Positions 1 to 12,602 are shown, counted from the stretch's first letter. The stretch: 64,000 bases of DNA from Heterodontus francisci (GCF_036365525.1 NC_090387.1:16072375-16136374); one strand, 5' to 3'. Translations and numbers: made by a program. The notes: generated by a model from the sequence alone, not told the origin.

Positions 1-464
1 GGGTTGATCCTTAATGTCAGTAAGCTGAACATATGCCCACTAGCATTGGCAATCTGTTACCTGTAAATCTATTGCTAAATATGCCTCTGAACGCTGAATG
101 GAGTGAATGTGTCAGGGAGAGCTAGGAACCTCTTTAGTTCCCTGAAGGAACAGACTTGAGGGGCTGTATAACCTACTCCTGTTCCTATGTGCTTCCAGAA
201 CTGGTGAACTAGTATTAAGTAGTCCTGCAAAACAACAGTATCAGCTTCCAGCACATTATTCAGGGCTATCTTCGGGACTACTCTCATCGTTTTTTTTAAA
301 CTACCTGTTCATTCCAAAGAAATAATTTTCTGCTCCTGAGCTCAATCTTCCGCAGCACATATCCCCCATAGTCACTGACTCACTTGGAACAGATTAGAGA
401 GGCATAAAAAGGATTATGTAAAGGTGAATACAAAGGTTGCACTGGGGAGAGAGAGAGAGACACT

Positions 465-1208
465 GGTCTGGATTTTACCCTAGGCAGACAGGAATTCGCC
501 ACCGACTTTTGCATCGGTGGCGAACCCGCTTCCACCGAGCCTGGGGATCTGTCCCGTATTTTACGGATCCCTTGGTTTTAATTGTCCCGAAGTGGGACTT
601 CCACCCACTTGAGGGAGGAAGTCCTGCCTCAGTGAGTTGCCGGCCAATCAGTGGGCTGGCAGCTCTTAGTCCCAGCAGCGCCACGGGAGCAATGGCCACT
701 GCTGGGACTGCAGCCCAGCCGACGCCATGGACCCTGGAGAGTGGGTAAGTTGGGCATGCCTCACCGGGGGATCGGTCATGCCCTGGTGAGACTAGGGTGG
801 TCATTTGGGGAGAGGGGGCGTCTTGGGTCTCGGGGGTGGGGTGGGTTGGGAGGCAGGGGCGGCCCTCAATCGGGCACCCTGTGCCCGACTGCCATGGCAC
901 CCCCCCCCCCCCCCCTCGGGGCACGGAAAAGCCTGCAGCTTTTGCTGGGCGGCCTTTCACGTCCCCAGCATGCCCGCTTGCCATGGATAAAATACCCGTG
1001 GAGGTGGGTCCCTTAAGTGGCTGTTAAGTGGTCACTTAACAGCCTTGATTGGCCTCAGGCAGGCGGGCTGTTTCCTTCCCCTGCCCGACTGCCGTAAAGT
1101 TCACTGGAGGTGGGAGCGGGGCAGGTAGGCCTCCCAGAGCTTCCCACTCAATCTTACGCCACCCCCACGCCATCATTCGACCCGCTGGGGTGGTGCAAAA
1201 TTCAGCCC
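465..1208. mobile_element. Harbinger/PIF-type MITE (non-autonomous DNA transposon)
   Basis: Imperfect TIRs GGTCTGGATTTT (465) and AAAATTCAGCCC (ends 1208). Exact 3-bp TSD ACT (462-464, 1209-1211). GC/CpG-rich non-coding interior. TIR resembles that of the coding Harbinger at 45616-50709. Confidence 0.85.
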
Positions 1209-1221
1209 ACTGGGTCTGAAG

Positions 1222-1360
1222 CCATACAGTCATAGAATCACACAGCACAGAAGGAGCCCATTGAGCCCATTGTGCCTGTGCCGGCTCTTTGAAAGAGCTA
1301 TCCAATTAGTCCTGATCCCCTGCTCTTTCCACTTGCCCTGCAAATGTTTCCTTTTCAAGC
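1222..1360 (-). mobile_element. CR1 LINE 3'-end fragment
   Basis: 'catagaatcacacagcacagaaggagcccatt...gccggctctttgaaagagcta' is the reverse complement of the CR1 3' terminus repeated across the window. Confidence 0.6.
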
Positions 1361-1415
1361 CCTTGATTTTAATTACTCCACCAATGATAGCCATGTATTC
1401 AGCTGCTTAGGCCCT

Positions 1416-4120
1416 TGTTCTTTTCTTTTTCTTTTGGGCCTCCTTATCTCGAGAGACAATGGATACGCGCCTGGAGGTGGTCAGTGGTTTGTGAAGCAGC
1501 GCCTGGAGTGGCTATAAAGGCCAATTCTAGAGTGACAGGCTCTTCCACAGGTGCTGCAGAGAAATTTGTTTGTCGGGGCTGTTACACAGTTGGCTCTCCC
1601 CTTGCGCCTCTGTCTTTTTTTCCTGCCAACTACTAAGTCTCTTCGACTCGCCACATTTTAGCCCCGTCTTTATGGCTGCCCGCCAGCTCTGGCGAACGCT
1701 GGCAACTGACTCCCACGACTTGTGATCAATGTCACAGGATTTCATGTCGCGTTTGCAGACGTCTTTATAGCGGAGACATGGACGGCCGGTGGGTCTGAGA
1801 CCAGTGGCGAGCTCGCTGTACAATGTGTCTTTGGGGATCCTGCCATCTTCCATGCAGCTCACATGGCCAAGCCATCTCAAGCGCCGCTGACTCAGTAGTG
1901 TGTACAAGCTGGGGATGTTGGCCGCCTCGAGGACTTCTGTGTTGGAGATACGGTCCTGCCACCTGATGCCAATTATTCTCCGGAGGCAGCGAAGATGGAA
2001 TGAATTGAGACGTCGCTCTTGGCTGACGTACGTTGTCCAGGCCTCGCTGCCATAGAGCAAGGTACTGAGGACACAGGTCTGATACACTCGGACTTTTGTG
2101 TTCCGTGTCAGTGCGCCATTTTCCCACTCTCTTGGCCAGTCTGGACATAGCAGTGGAAGCCTTTCCCATGCGCTTGTTGATTTCTGCATCTAGAGACAGG
2201 TTACTGGTGATAGTTGAGCCTAGGTAGGTGAACTCTTGAACCACTTCCAGAGCGTGGTCGCCAATATTGATGGATGGAGCATTTCTGACATCCTGCCCCA
2301 TGATGTTTGTTTTCTTGAGGCTGATGGTTAGGCCAAATTCATTGCACGCAGCCGCAAACCTGTCAATGAGACTCTGCAGGCACTCTTCAGTGTGAGATGT
2401 TAAAGCAGCATCGTCAGCAAAGAGGAGTTCCCTGATGAGGACTTTCCGTACTTTGGACTTCGCTCTTAGACGGGCAAGGTTGAACAACCTGCCCCCTGAT
2501 CTTGTGTGGAGGAAAATTCCTTCTTCAGAGGACTTGAACGCATGTGAAAGCAGCAGGGAGAAGAAAATCCCAAAAAGTGTGGGTGCGAGAACACAGCCCT
2601 GTTTCACGCCACTCAGGATAGGAAAGGGCTCTGAGGAGGAGCCACCATGTTGAATTGTGCCTTTCATATTGTCATGGAATGAGGTGATGATACTTAGTAG
2701 CTTTGGTGGACATCCGATCTTTTCTAGTAGTCTGAAGAGACCACGTCTGCTGACGAGGTCAAAGGCTTTGGAGAGATCAATGAAAGCAATGTAGAGGGGC
2801 ATCTGTTGTTCACGGCATTTCTCCTGTATCTGACGAAGGGAGAACAGCATGTCAACGGTCGATCTCTCTGCACGAAAGCCACACTGTGCCTCAGGGTAGA
2901 CACGCTCGGCCAGCTTCTGGAGCCTGTTCAGAGCAACTCGAGCAAAGACTTTCCCCACTATGCTGAGCAGGGAGATTCCACGGTAGTTGTTGCAGTCACC
3001 GCGGTCACCTTTGTTTTTATAGAGGGTGATGATATTGGCATCGCGCATGTCCTGGGGTACTGCTCCCTCGTCACAGCACAGGCAAAGCAGTTCATGTAGT
3101 GCTAAGAGTATAGCGGGCTTGGCACTCTTGATTATTTCAAGGGTAATGCTGTCCTTCCCAGGAGCTTTTCCACTGGCTAGAGAATCAATGGCATCACTGA
3201 GTTCTGATTTGGTTGGCTGTATGTCCAGCTCATCCATGACTGGTAGAGGCTGGGCTGCATTGAGGGCAGTCTCAGTGACAGCATTCTCCCTGGAGTACAG
3301 TTCTAGGTAGTGCTCAACCCAGCGGTCCATTTGTTTGTGTTGGTCATTGATTATGTCCCCTGATTTAGAGTTGAGGGGGGCGATCTTCTTGATGGTTGGC
3401 CCAAGAGCTCTCTTCATGCCATCATGCATCCCTCTGATATTTCCTGTGTCAGAGGCCAGCTGAATATGACTGCATAGGTGTTGCCAGTAGTTGTTTGCGC
3501 AGCGCCTGGCTGTTCTTTGTGCAGTGCATCTGGCTGCTTTAAGTGCTGCGGATGTTAAATCGCTGGGGGCTTTCTTGTAGTTCAACAGTGCAATGCGCTT
3601 AGCGGCTATGACAGGTTCCAGCTCTTCATTATGAGATTAAAACCAGTCTGCATTTCTCTTCGCACTTTTGCCGTAGGTGGTCAAAGCTGACTCATAGATG
3701 GCGTCTCTGATGTGGGCCCACTTGGTCTCAGCATCCCCTGTGGGAGTGTTTTGAAGGGCTGTTACAAGTGAATTTAGAAATTTTTGTAACAGCTGTGGGT
3801 GAGAAATTCTGCTAGTGTTGATGCGCGGGCGGCCCTTCTGCTTGGAATGATGCAACTTCTTTGGTCTGAGTCTAACCTTGCTGCACACCAGGGAGTGGTC
3901 GGTGTCGCAGTCTGCACTGTGGACGCTGCGTGTGATTTGAACACTGTTTAAGGCGGCTCGCCTTGTGACAATGAGGTCTAGCTGGTGCCAACGACGCGAT
4001 CTTGGGTGCCTCCATGAAACCTGGTGACAGGGTTTAGTGTGAAAGAACGAGTTTGTGATGCAGAGGTCATGATAGGTACACAACTCAAGCAGTCTCTGCC
4101 CGTTCTCATTCATCCTTCCA
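1416..4120 (-). mobile_element. RTE-clade non-LTR retrotransposon (BovB/RTE-like), 5'-truncated, young
   Basis: APE endonuclease C-terminal part (NENGQRLL, W-HPRS, LDLI, DTDHSLV), full RT (GVKQGCVLAPTLF, LLFADDAAL), RTE-type C-terminus (RRLRWLGHV-MEDGRIPK) and an (AAAAG)n 3' tail at about 1416-1435. Confidence 0.95.
1527..4120 (-). pseudogene. RTE ORF (APE endonuclease + reverse transcriptase) with very few lesions
   Basis: ORFs 3637-4200 and 1765-3585 share a frame and are separated by one TAA. A frameshift near 2125 continues into ORF 1527-2189 (WENGALTRNTKVRVY...). Confidence 0.9.
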
Positions 4121-4934
4121 AGCTCTGGAATTCCCATCCTAAACCTTTTTGTCTTGTTCTCCTCCTTAAAACCTACCTCTTTGACCCAACCTTTGGTCAC
4201 CTGTCCTAATATCTCCTTATGTAGCTCAATTTCAAATTTTGTTCAATAATGCTCCTGTGAAGCATCTTGCACATTCCTCATATCTGGGGAACGCTGTCAA
4301 AGGTAAGTAAATCCAATGCTTTCACTTGTTCATTTGTGAATACCCAGAAACAAAGTCTGTACTTCAAATCAATGCTGCCAGATTTGCCAACATTTTGTTA
4401 TATGGTTTTAGATTCATGTCTAGATTATCTGTGAGAAATCATCCATATCATTGTGCAATGCATTATTAGGAAGGAAGTATCTAAATGCAAAACAGAACCG
4501 GAAACATAGACACATACTCAACACTAGATCACTACAGATCTGATGCTATTCAATACTGGATCACCAAAGAGTATAACTACATGCATCACTTCAAAAAATC
4601 CATCAGGCATCAGATGCACACCCAGTCCTTGTCTCCATGTCCCAGAGAGGGAGACCCTCAGTAAAGAAATTACTGCTAGAAACTGTGAAAATCCTTAAGC
4701 TGACTGCCATAAAGTACATTGAGTCCTTCACTAAAATACCTTGCTGATACAGTATGTACTTTATTAAATATGCATTGCTTATGAGTCCCTTTGGAAGAGA
4801 GAAACATATCTATAGAGCATGGCTTCCAACAAGAGATAATGGAGATGGTCCAGCAGAAGCTCAGAGAAAAAGATACATTTTGCATTGTTAGAAGTCAGAA
4901 TGGAGTGTTATAAAGAATTAGGCAGTCGTTGCTG

Positions 4935-5715
4935 AGGAAATACATAGTGCTGAGGGAATTCTGCAGTGTCAGAGGTGCCGTCTTTTGGATGACAATTTAA
5001 ACCAAGTCTGCCCTCTAAGGTGGACATAAACGATTCCATGGCATTCCTTCAAAGAACATTCAGTTCTTTCTGGTGTCCAGCCAATGAGGAATTTTGAAGT
5101 GCAGCCATTGATGTAATGTAGGAAACCTAATGCAATTCAGAACTCTGCAGCCCACCTCTTAATGCAGTACGAGGTTCTGCTCACCTATCATCCTCCACTG
5201 GCTTCCCATTATCCAACACATTGACTTCAAAATGCTTGTCCTCATGTACAAAACCTTCCGTAATTCTTGCCGCACCTTAAATTCAGGCCGCCCAGCTCTG
5301 CTCATTCTGAGTCCAGACTCCTATGCAAACTCTCTCGCCCATACTACACTACCATGAGTAGCAGTCAATCTGCCTAATACTTTGACAGAATAAATAAAGA
5401 AAAACTTTTTCTAGTGGCAGAAGGCCTGGTAACCAAAGCATGCAGATTTAGGTAATCAACTAAAGGCAACATGAGGGAAAATTGTTTAGGGCAGCAAGTT
5501 ATTGCAGTCTGGAATGCACTGGAAGGGCGGTAGAAGCAGATTCAATAGTCATCTTCAAAGGAAATTGAATAAATACTTGAAGGGGGGAAAATTCTCCAGG
5601 CTATGGGGAAAGAGCAACGGTACAGAACTAATTGAATGTCTCTTCCAAAGAGTCAGCATAGTCGCAATGGGTCGAATGACCTTCTTCTATGCTGTATCAT
5701 TCTATAATTCTATCT
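4935..5715 (+). mobile_element. Cluster of degraded Deu-SINE, L2 and CR1 fragments
   Basis: SINE Deu-like segment at about 4935-5130, L2 ORF2 end ('ctccactggcttcccatt...ttcaaaat') at about 5130-5380, CR1 3' end at about 5385-5715. Confidence 0.55.
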
Positions 5716-6344
5716 CCTTTACCATAGGTCAGCCATCTTCCCTACTCCAGCTTTCTTCCAAGCATTCCCTGAATGACATGGGAACAGGGCAGGTACATAG
5801 GGTTAGGACTACTGCCTGTGTGAAGGATGAACACCAACATGAGCTGATTGGGCCAAATGGCCTGTTATAATTTCCCTGTATTTCTATACAACAAAAAAAG
5901 TCACAATTTGTTATTCATGTATCTGAATTATATTTTTACAATCTTTAGACATTCTAATTACACTTCCTTTCCTCTTCTTTATCCTGTCTCTGGAAAGCCC
6001 AGCAAGAAAAAATTACGTAAGGTGAAATCTATCGGGATGTATGGTCATTTTTACATAAAGGTGACAGAGTCCTTTCATATTATATTGTAGCGGCGTGAAA
6101 GTAGCACTCTGAAACTGACAGTAAGAGTGAAGGTCTACAGTTACATGCCTCTCTGCCAGCACAGCTATATGTGATAGTGATCAGTAACACAATACGACCT
6201 GCTGCTAAAACGTAAAGGTTGAGAAGTCCCATTATTATCAGAACCTGAAGCACTGCACTCAGCCCAAAGATGACCAAAACTTCTTTAGCTAGCTGGCAGC
6301 CTCCAACATATATATTCCCAGAACTCAAATCCCTTGAAGGTAAA

Positions 6345-6680
6345 AAAGTGTTGCTCAGTGTAACACTAAGTCACACAGATTAGAAGGCCCTAAGTACTAA
6401 CTTCAGTCTCTACTGAGTTAGATTGAACTCAACCAGGGCAGTGGTAAAGGGGCTATAGTTCTCCTCACCATCACTTAAACTTAAGGTAGAGGATAAATAA
6501 TATCAGCTCTTCATGTCTACCCAGTGACTCTTACTGGGAAGCACCAAGCTCAGTTCCACTGCCCTCCATGGTTGAATAGCCTGCCAGCACTCTAGGCTCA
6601 CATATGAACTCGAGCATTCATGGAAACACATTAGGCAGCAAGCACCCACTCCTTGAGGAGAAGGCGGAAGAAACCGAGGT
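6345..6680 (+). repeat. Ancient degraded SINE-like interspersed repeat (unnamed family)
   Basis: Core 'catggttgaatagcctgccagcactctaggctcacatatga...gaggag' recurs in diverged form at 20285-20565 (+) and about 56715-56900 (-). Confidence 0.45.
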
Positions 6681-6824
6681 ATTTTTTTCTATATTCCTCT
6701 TATACCATCATCAACTGTAGGATGCTGAAATAAGGAGTCAATTTAGACATCGAGGTCCAACACTGATTTCAAGGAATCATAGCAAGTGCAATAATTATAT
6801 TCTGTCCAAGAGTTTTATGCCAGG

Positions 6825-7125
6825 ATATGCTCGGAAGCATGGATTTAAAGTGATTGGTAGAAAGATTGGAGGGGGGATCAGGAAAAGTTTTTTCACCCAG
6901 TTTGTGGTAGGGGTCTGGAACTCACTGCCTGAAAAGGTAGTAGAGGCAGAAACCCTCAACTCATTTGAAAGGTGTCTGGATATGCACCTCAAGTGCCGTA
7001 ACCTGCAGGGTTACGGACCAAATGCTGGAAAGTGGGATTAGGCTGAGTGGCTGGTTTTTCGGCCGGCACAGACACAATGGGCCAAGTGGCCTCTTTCTAT
7101 GCTGTAAACCTTCAATGATTCTATA
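6825..7125 (+). mobile_element. CR1 LINE 3' end
   Basis: ORF2 C-terminus (HGFKV...FFTQ-VVGVWNSLPEKVVEAETLNSF) plus 3' UTR and terminal repeat. Confidence 0.85.
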
Positions 7126-7144
7126 TACACTAAGTATGCTAGTG

Positions 7145-7990
7145 ACAGCTACTTCTGGAGTACAGTGCACCACTCTGGTCTCCACATTATAAAAAGAATA
7201 TAGATGCATTGCAGAAACTATAAGGAAGATGTAAAGGACAATACTGAAACTCAAAGACTATAACTGTTAGGAAAGACTGAAGAGGCTGGTCTGTTTTCTC
7301 CAGAAAAGAAAGGGCTGAGGGTTGATTTGTTAGAGGTCTTTACGATTATGAAAGAGTTTGAACGGGTAGACATGAGAAGATGTTTGTACTTGTGGAGGAG
7401 ACCTGAACAAGAGGGCCATAATATAAAATAATCACTAATAAATCCAATAGGGCACTCAGAGTGGTTAGAATCTTCTTTAGCAGTCTCTCGGGAATGAGGA
7501 TGCCTTTCTTCCGCTCCAGGGTTGTGGGTCCTTTGGTGATTGGATCAGCACACTCTGCCACAGGTGGGGCAGGTGGTATTTGGTGAGGCGAGTGAATGGG
7601 ATGCTCGAATTTCCGAACGCTCCTTCAGCTGTTTGCACTTGGTCGCTGCCTGGGCGTGTCGACGTTGTTCGAACTGGCTGGCACCGTCGCGGTTGTTTCT
7701 TCTCCACTTTGGGCGGTCTCGGGCAAGAGATTCCCACGAATCAGCAGAGATGTCACATTTTTTCAGGGAGGCTTTAAGGACATCCTACTAGCATTAGAAT
7801 ATAGAAGTAGCTACCACATGGAGTGATTGATGTGAATAGCACAGATACATTTTATGGGAGGCTAGATAAACAGGTGAGGGAGAAAGGGATACAAGGTTAT
7901 GTGGATAGGGTGAGATGAGGTAGGGTGGGAGGAGACCTGTGTGGAGCATAAACACCAGCATAGACCTGTTGGGTCAAATGTAATTCTATG
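7145..7990 (+). mobile_element. Degraded CR1 3' fragment interrupted by an RTE fragment
   Basis: Remnants of LEY-V-FWSP and ERL-RL-LFS-EKRRL motifs, with the CR1 3' terminus at about 7950-7990. Confidence 0.7.
7472..7793 (-). mobile_element. RTE-clade LINE 3' end (second RTE family)
   Basis: Minus-strand frame reads LKASLKKCDISADSWESLARDRPKWRR...TTCPTCGRVC (RTE C-terminal zinc-finger region). Flanked by 7-bp TSD TTAGAAT (7465-7471, 7794-7800). Confidence 0.8.
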
Positions 7991-10314
7991 TAACAGCATA
8001 ACTGCACCAGTTTTTATTATGTTACATTGACCATCTGTTCACTTTAGAAACCTTTGCTGTGGCATTAATCAGAACTTCAGCTGTCCAATCACTGTCCATG
8101 ACTGAACTAGGGTCATTTGTAACAAACATACTTCAACCCTCTATAATTAATAAACAACTTCACCATGATTTTCATTTCTCCCCCACCTCCCCTCAGTTTC
8201 ATTTATTGTCCTACTTCCATAAGGTTGCTGATATTGGTTCTCCTTGACAAGAGGAAGAGATGTGAGATGTATCTATGGTTAATGATTTTTCAGCTGGTTT
8301 TGTCATCAGCTCTGAGGCCATCATCTAGGTCCAGTGCTTTTTGATAGGTTTCTTTTCCCATCTCCAATATTGTCATAACTAATGAATGGAAGTGCTGGCG
8401 AATGAGTCCAGTATCAAAAAACTTTGAAGCATAGGTGAACCATGAGAGTAGGTATGGGGTTAGCATCTAGGATCCATTACAAAGTAAGGTATCACAGTGT
8501 TCCTGCACAGTGCAGTAAAAAAAATGTAACATGTATAGACAAGTACCAAACATGTTCATGATGGCATGAATTCCATTGCCTTGATTAAACTGGGCTTTGA
8601 GCATACCTTTACCCATTCAGTCCAGGTTCAGCATTGGTCAATGCAAATGGCTTTGAATGGTTGTGGAGGGGGGAGGGGTGGTGGTGAGGGGAGCAACCCA
8701 AGAACAGACTGACTGACTCACAGACACATATTCAATCGGATATTCAATGCAAGCAAATTGTGTAAGATTTAATTCCAGGAGAACATGGATCCCACCAACT
8801 CTGTAAAGAACTGCACTGACAAGGTTTGGTTTCATTCCCTTCATTCAGTGAACCCTCTCAATGTCAGTCAGCTTCCTTCTATAATATCACCATCTTCCCA
8901 AGACCAAAGTCATGTAACAGAAATGGTGCTAAGATGATGCCCCTGGTACTGGAAGGATTAAACAAAATAAATACATAGATAGATTTTTTTTGCATTATGT
9001 CTGGATAGTCCAGGATTTAAAGTATCACACAAAATAAAAACTAGCCATTTATTTCAGCAGCGTAATCCTTTAAGAGGTTGGGCAATGTTCACACTGCAGT
9101 GTAACACTGCAGACGTAGTCCTGCGCAGCTGAGAAATGGGGTGCCGGGGTGCAGCCTGTGGTTTGTCCCAGTCATGTAGGACTTGCTGTTATGTTACTTT
9201 GGCATGTTTAGCCTTGCTCAGTATTGAACTCCTGGATCTGAGGCAATGTGTGATACTTGGCTTCAAGACACGCACGTAGAGGGAAAAAAAATCTTTGATT
9301 CTGTCCCACGAGCCAGGACTGTAATGTGAGCAACAGCAGCCTGTAAAATAGACTAGGCTCGAGCTCTCCCACAGCAGCCAATGGGATCTGGTAGCAGCAA
9401 CTCAACACCACCAACAAATTGATAATTCAGATTCCCTTATGTGGTGTCAAACAGACATCACTGCGAATCTGTACTCTGTCCAAAAGGGGCTCCTTGAATC
9501 AATACTGCAGTCAGGATTTAACACCTGTGGACCAGATTTCAGTACTGACAGCCTCAAGTCCGGCCAATACCTAATGACTGTCAAATGAATGCAAATTTAT
9601 AGGGGGAGGGGAAGAATAAAAAAAAGTTTCTATCTCTGCACACTGTCAAACCCAACACCACATCTGCCTGCCAACATATTGCCATTTGCTATATCTGCAT
9701 GCCAAACTGAAACCCCTGCACGCACAGCTCCTGCCCAGACTGATTATTGTACTTTCTACCCAGAAGTTCTGCTTAAGCTGGTCGTATGAACAGCTGATAT
9801 TTCATACATCCTTTAATTGCATTTCCATTTGACAGTCTGCTATAGAATTTGGCTTCCAAAGTATCACTTCCCAATAGCAAACCCTGTAACTACAAAGCTC
9901 CCATCAGAGCAAACATTCAGCCTAGTGTCATTGACAGCTCCATTACAGTCAACAGAGATTACATGGCTGTGGAGGGAGGGAAGAAGTATTTAGTCATGAT
10001 GCTTCAGCCTTCATGGTGTGGGCAAGCCTGATGGACTAGCTGATCTTTGCCTGCCCATCAATTTTATATGTTCTAATATAGCTTAACTGGCCTCCTCATT
10101 TCTAATTCCCCCACCTCCACATTGTTAATCCTCAAAAGAATATACTGAGTTCCAACTGTGTGATATTTTACCCTGAACTCCTTCCATGGGTTACTGTACC
10201 CATTGTGATCTTTATTTAATGGAATCCAGCTGTTCTATGCCTCATGTGCTGTCATTGGGCCATTTTCAGCTATGGTCCCAAATCTGAGCCTCCTTTTGTT
10301 TCCAGAGGCAGTTT

Positions 10315-10650
10315 GACGATATGTGTTCTCTGCTGGTGCTCTGGAGTTGTCCTGTCCTCCAATTCTGGTCTCTTGAGCTTCCCCGATTTTAATCACGCCA
10401 CATTGACAGCCATGGCTTCAGTTGCCCAGACTCTAAGCTCTTGAATTCCCTCCCTAAGCCTCTCCACCTCTCTCTCCTCCTTTAAGACGCTCCTTAAAAC
10501 CTACCTCTTTGACCAAACCTTTGGTCACCAGTCCCATTATCTTTGGACATGGCTCGGTGTCAAATTTTGTTTGATAATCACTCCTGTGAAACAGCTTGGG
10601 CTCTTTTACCACTTTAAAAGTGCTATATAAATGTAAGTTGTTGTTGTTAT
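10315..10650 (+). mobile_element. L2-like LINE 3' end
   Basis: L2 3' region ending '...gtgctatataaatgtaagttgttgttgtt'. Multiple copies in the window. Confidence 0.75.
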
Positions 10651-10804
10651 TGCTTACAAGGCAGCCTGAATTCTCAACACCAGCAGCTGGCGCATTTCTG
10701 TCGTAACTATGACTTTGAGATTCTGGACCTTTCTCAATATAACACCTGCATTCATGGCCAATACAAATGGTAAATTTGATTGTTCTACCAAACAGCTAGC
10801 ACTT

Positions 10805-11890
10805 TTTTTTATTCACTTCTGGCATGTGAACATCATTGGCAAGGCCAGCATTTGTTGCCTATCCCTAATTGCCCTTGAGAAGGTGGTAGTGAGCTGCCTT
10901 CTTGAACCGCCGCAGTCCACTTTGTGTAGGTACACCCACAGTGCTGTTAGGAAGGGAGTTACGATTTTAGACCCAGCAACAGTGAAGGAACAGCGAGATA
11001 GTTCCAAGTCAGGATGGTGTGTATCTTGGAGGGGAACTTAGAGGTGGTGGTGTTCCCACGCGTCTGCTGCCCTTGACCTTCTAGGTGATGGATGTCGCGG
11101 GTCTGGAAGGTACTGTTGAAGCAGCCTTGGCAAGTTGCTGTAGTGCATCTTGTATATGGTATACACTGGTGACACTGTGCGCAGTGGAGGGAGTGAATGT
11201 TTAAGCTGGCGGATGGGGTTCAATTAAGCAGGTTGTTGTGTCTTGGATGGTAATTGAGCTTCTTGAGTGTTGGAGCTGCATTCATCCAAGCAAGTGGAAA
11301 GTATTCAATCACACTCATGACTTGTGCCTTGTAGATGGTGGACAGGCTTTGGGACTTGCTCTTGTAGCCACAGTATTTATACGGCTGGTCCAGTTAAGTT
11401 GCTGGTCAACAGTAACCTCCAAGATGTTGATGGTGGGTGTTCAGCGATGGTAATGCCATTGAACGTTAAGGGGCGATGGTTAGATTCTCTCTTGCTGGCA
11501 CTTCTATGGCATGAATATTACTTGCCACTTATCAGCTCTTGCTGCATGCAGGCACGGACTGTTTCAGTTTCTGAGGAGTTACAAATGGTACTGAACAATG
11601 TGCAATCATCAGTGAACATCACCATTCTGACCTTATGTTGGAGGGAAAGTCATTGATGAAGCAGCTGAAATGGTTGGGTCTAAGACACTACCTGAGGAAC
11701 TCTTGCAGTGATGTCCTGTGGCTGAGATCATTGGCCTCCAACAACCACAGCCATCTTCCTTTGTGCGAGGTATCCCCCTGATTTCCATTGACTTCAGTTT
11801 TGCTAGGGCTCCTTGATGCAACACGTGATGAAATTCTGCCTTGATGTCAAGAACAGTCTCTCTCACCTCACCTCTGGAATTCAGCTGACA
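10805..11890 (-). mobile_element. CR1-clade LINE (family B) 3' half with internal deletions
   Basis: Homologous to 16400-17610 (QGALAKLKSM, TIFSCFINDL, SWNSLPNS; 3' UTR 'caattagggat...aaatgctggcc'). Confidence 0.85.
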
Positions 11891-11959
11891 CGAGTCACGT
11901 GACCTCCCTTTGTGCTGCAAACCTATGGCTCTAAAATGCATTTATATCCAAATATAATG

Positions 11960-12220
11960 ACTTTGCAGTATGATTAGGAGAGATGACCAAAAGATGGTTG
12001 AAGATATGTGTTTTGAGAAGGCTGTTAAAGTATAGAGGGGAGTAGAGAGGCAAAGTGGTTTGGGAAAAAAATCCTGAAGAGGCCTGAGGAAATTGAAGAT
12101 TATGCCACCAAAGGTGGAGCATAAGGAGGAGGAGAGTGATAGTGATTCAGAGGAGTGATCAAAAGAATTGCTGAAAGAGTTTAAAGATGGAGAGGTAGAT
12201 GGTGAAGTTCAACCAGGGAG
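11960..12220 (-). mobile_element. Degraded L2 fragment
   Basis: Diverged match to the L2 3' region ('gatgaccaaaagatggttgaagat...ttttgagaagg'). Confidence 0.5.
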
Positions 12221-12602
12221 CTTCAAGAGTTGGACTAAAATGGTGGAACAAATAAGACTCCATTCTGACTTTACCACCCCAGGACTAATTCTTGTCCTGG
12301 TCAAAGTGCAAACCAGAATTTTTTTTTTATTCATTCATGGGATGGGATGTGAGCCTCACTGGCAAGACCAGCATTTATTGTCCCTCCCTAATTGCCCTTG
12401 AGAAGATTGGTGGTGAGCTGCTGCCTTGAACTGCTGCAGTCTATGTGGTGCAGGTACACCCAGGGAGGGAATTCCAGGATTTTGACCCAACGACAGTGAA
12501 GGAACGGCAATATAGTTCCAACTCAGGATGGTGTGTGACTTAGAGGGGAACTTGCAGGTGGTGTTGTTCCCATGTGCCTGTTGCCCTTATTCTTCTGTGT
12601 GT

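Larger units (their letters stand above)
1361..4270 (+). mobile_element. L2-like LINE 3' end, split by the RTE insertion (pieces 1361-1415 and about 4119-4270)
   Basis: Joining '...cagctgcttaggccct' to 'aagctctggaattccc...' restores the same L2 3' sequence seen uninterrupted at 10315-10650. Confidence 0.7.

Noticed and set aside
437-1305. Several 60-170 aa ORFs on both strands
   Set aside because: Stop-poor GC-rich MITE interior with no recognisable protein motif.
2435-3310. Plus-strand ORFs within the RTE, and similar antisense ORFs over CR1 copies
   Set aside because: Shadow frames antisense to retrotransposon ORFs.
4262-4900. Donor AAG|GTAAGT at about 4302 and downstream exon-like sequence
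   Set aside because: All frames after the nearest acceptor hit stops quickly, so no gene model is supportable.
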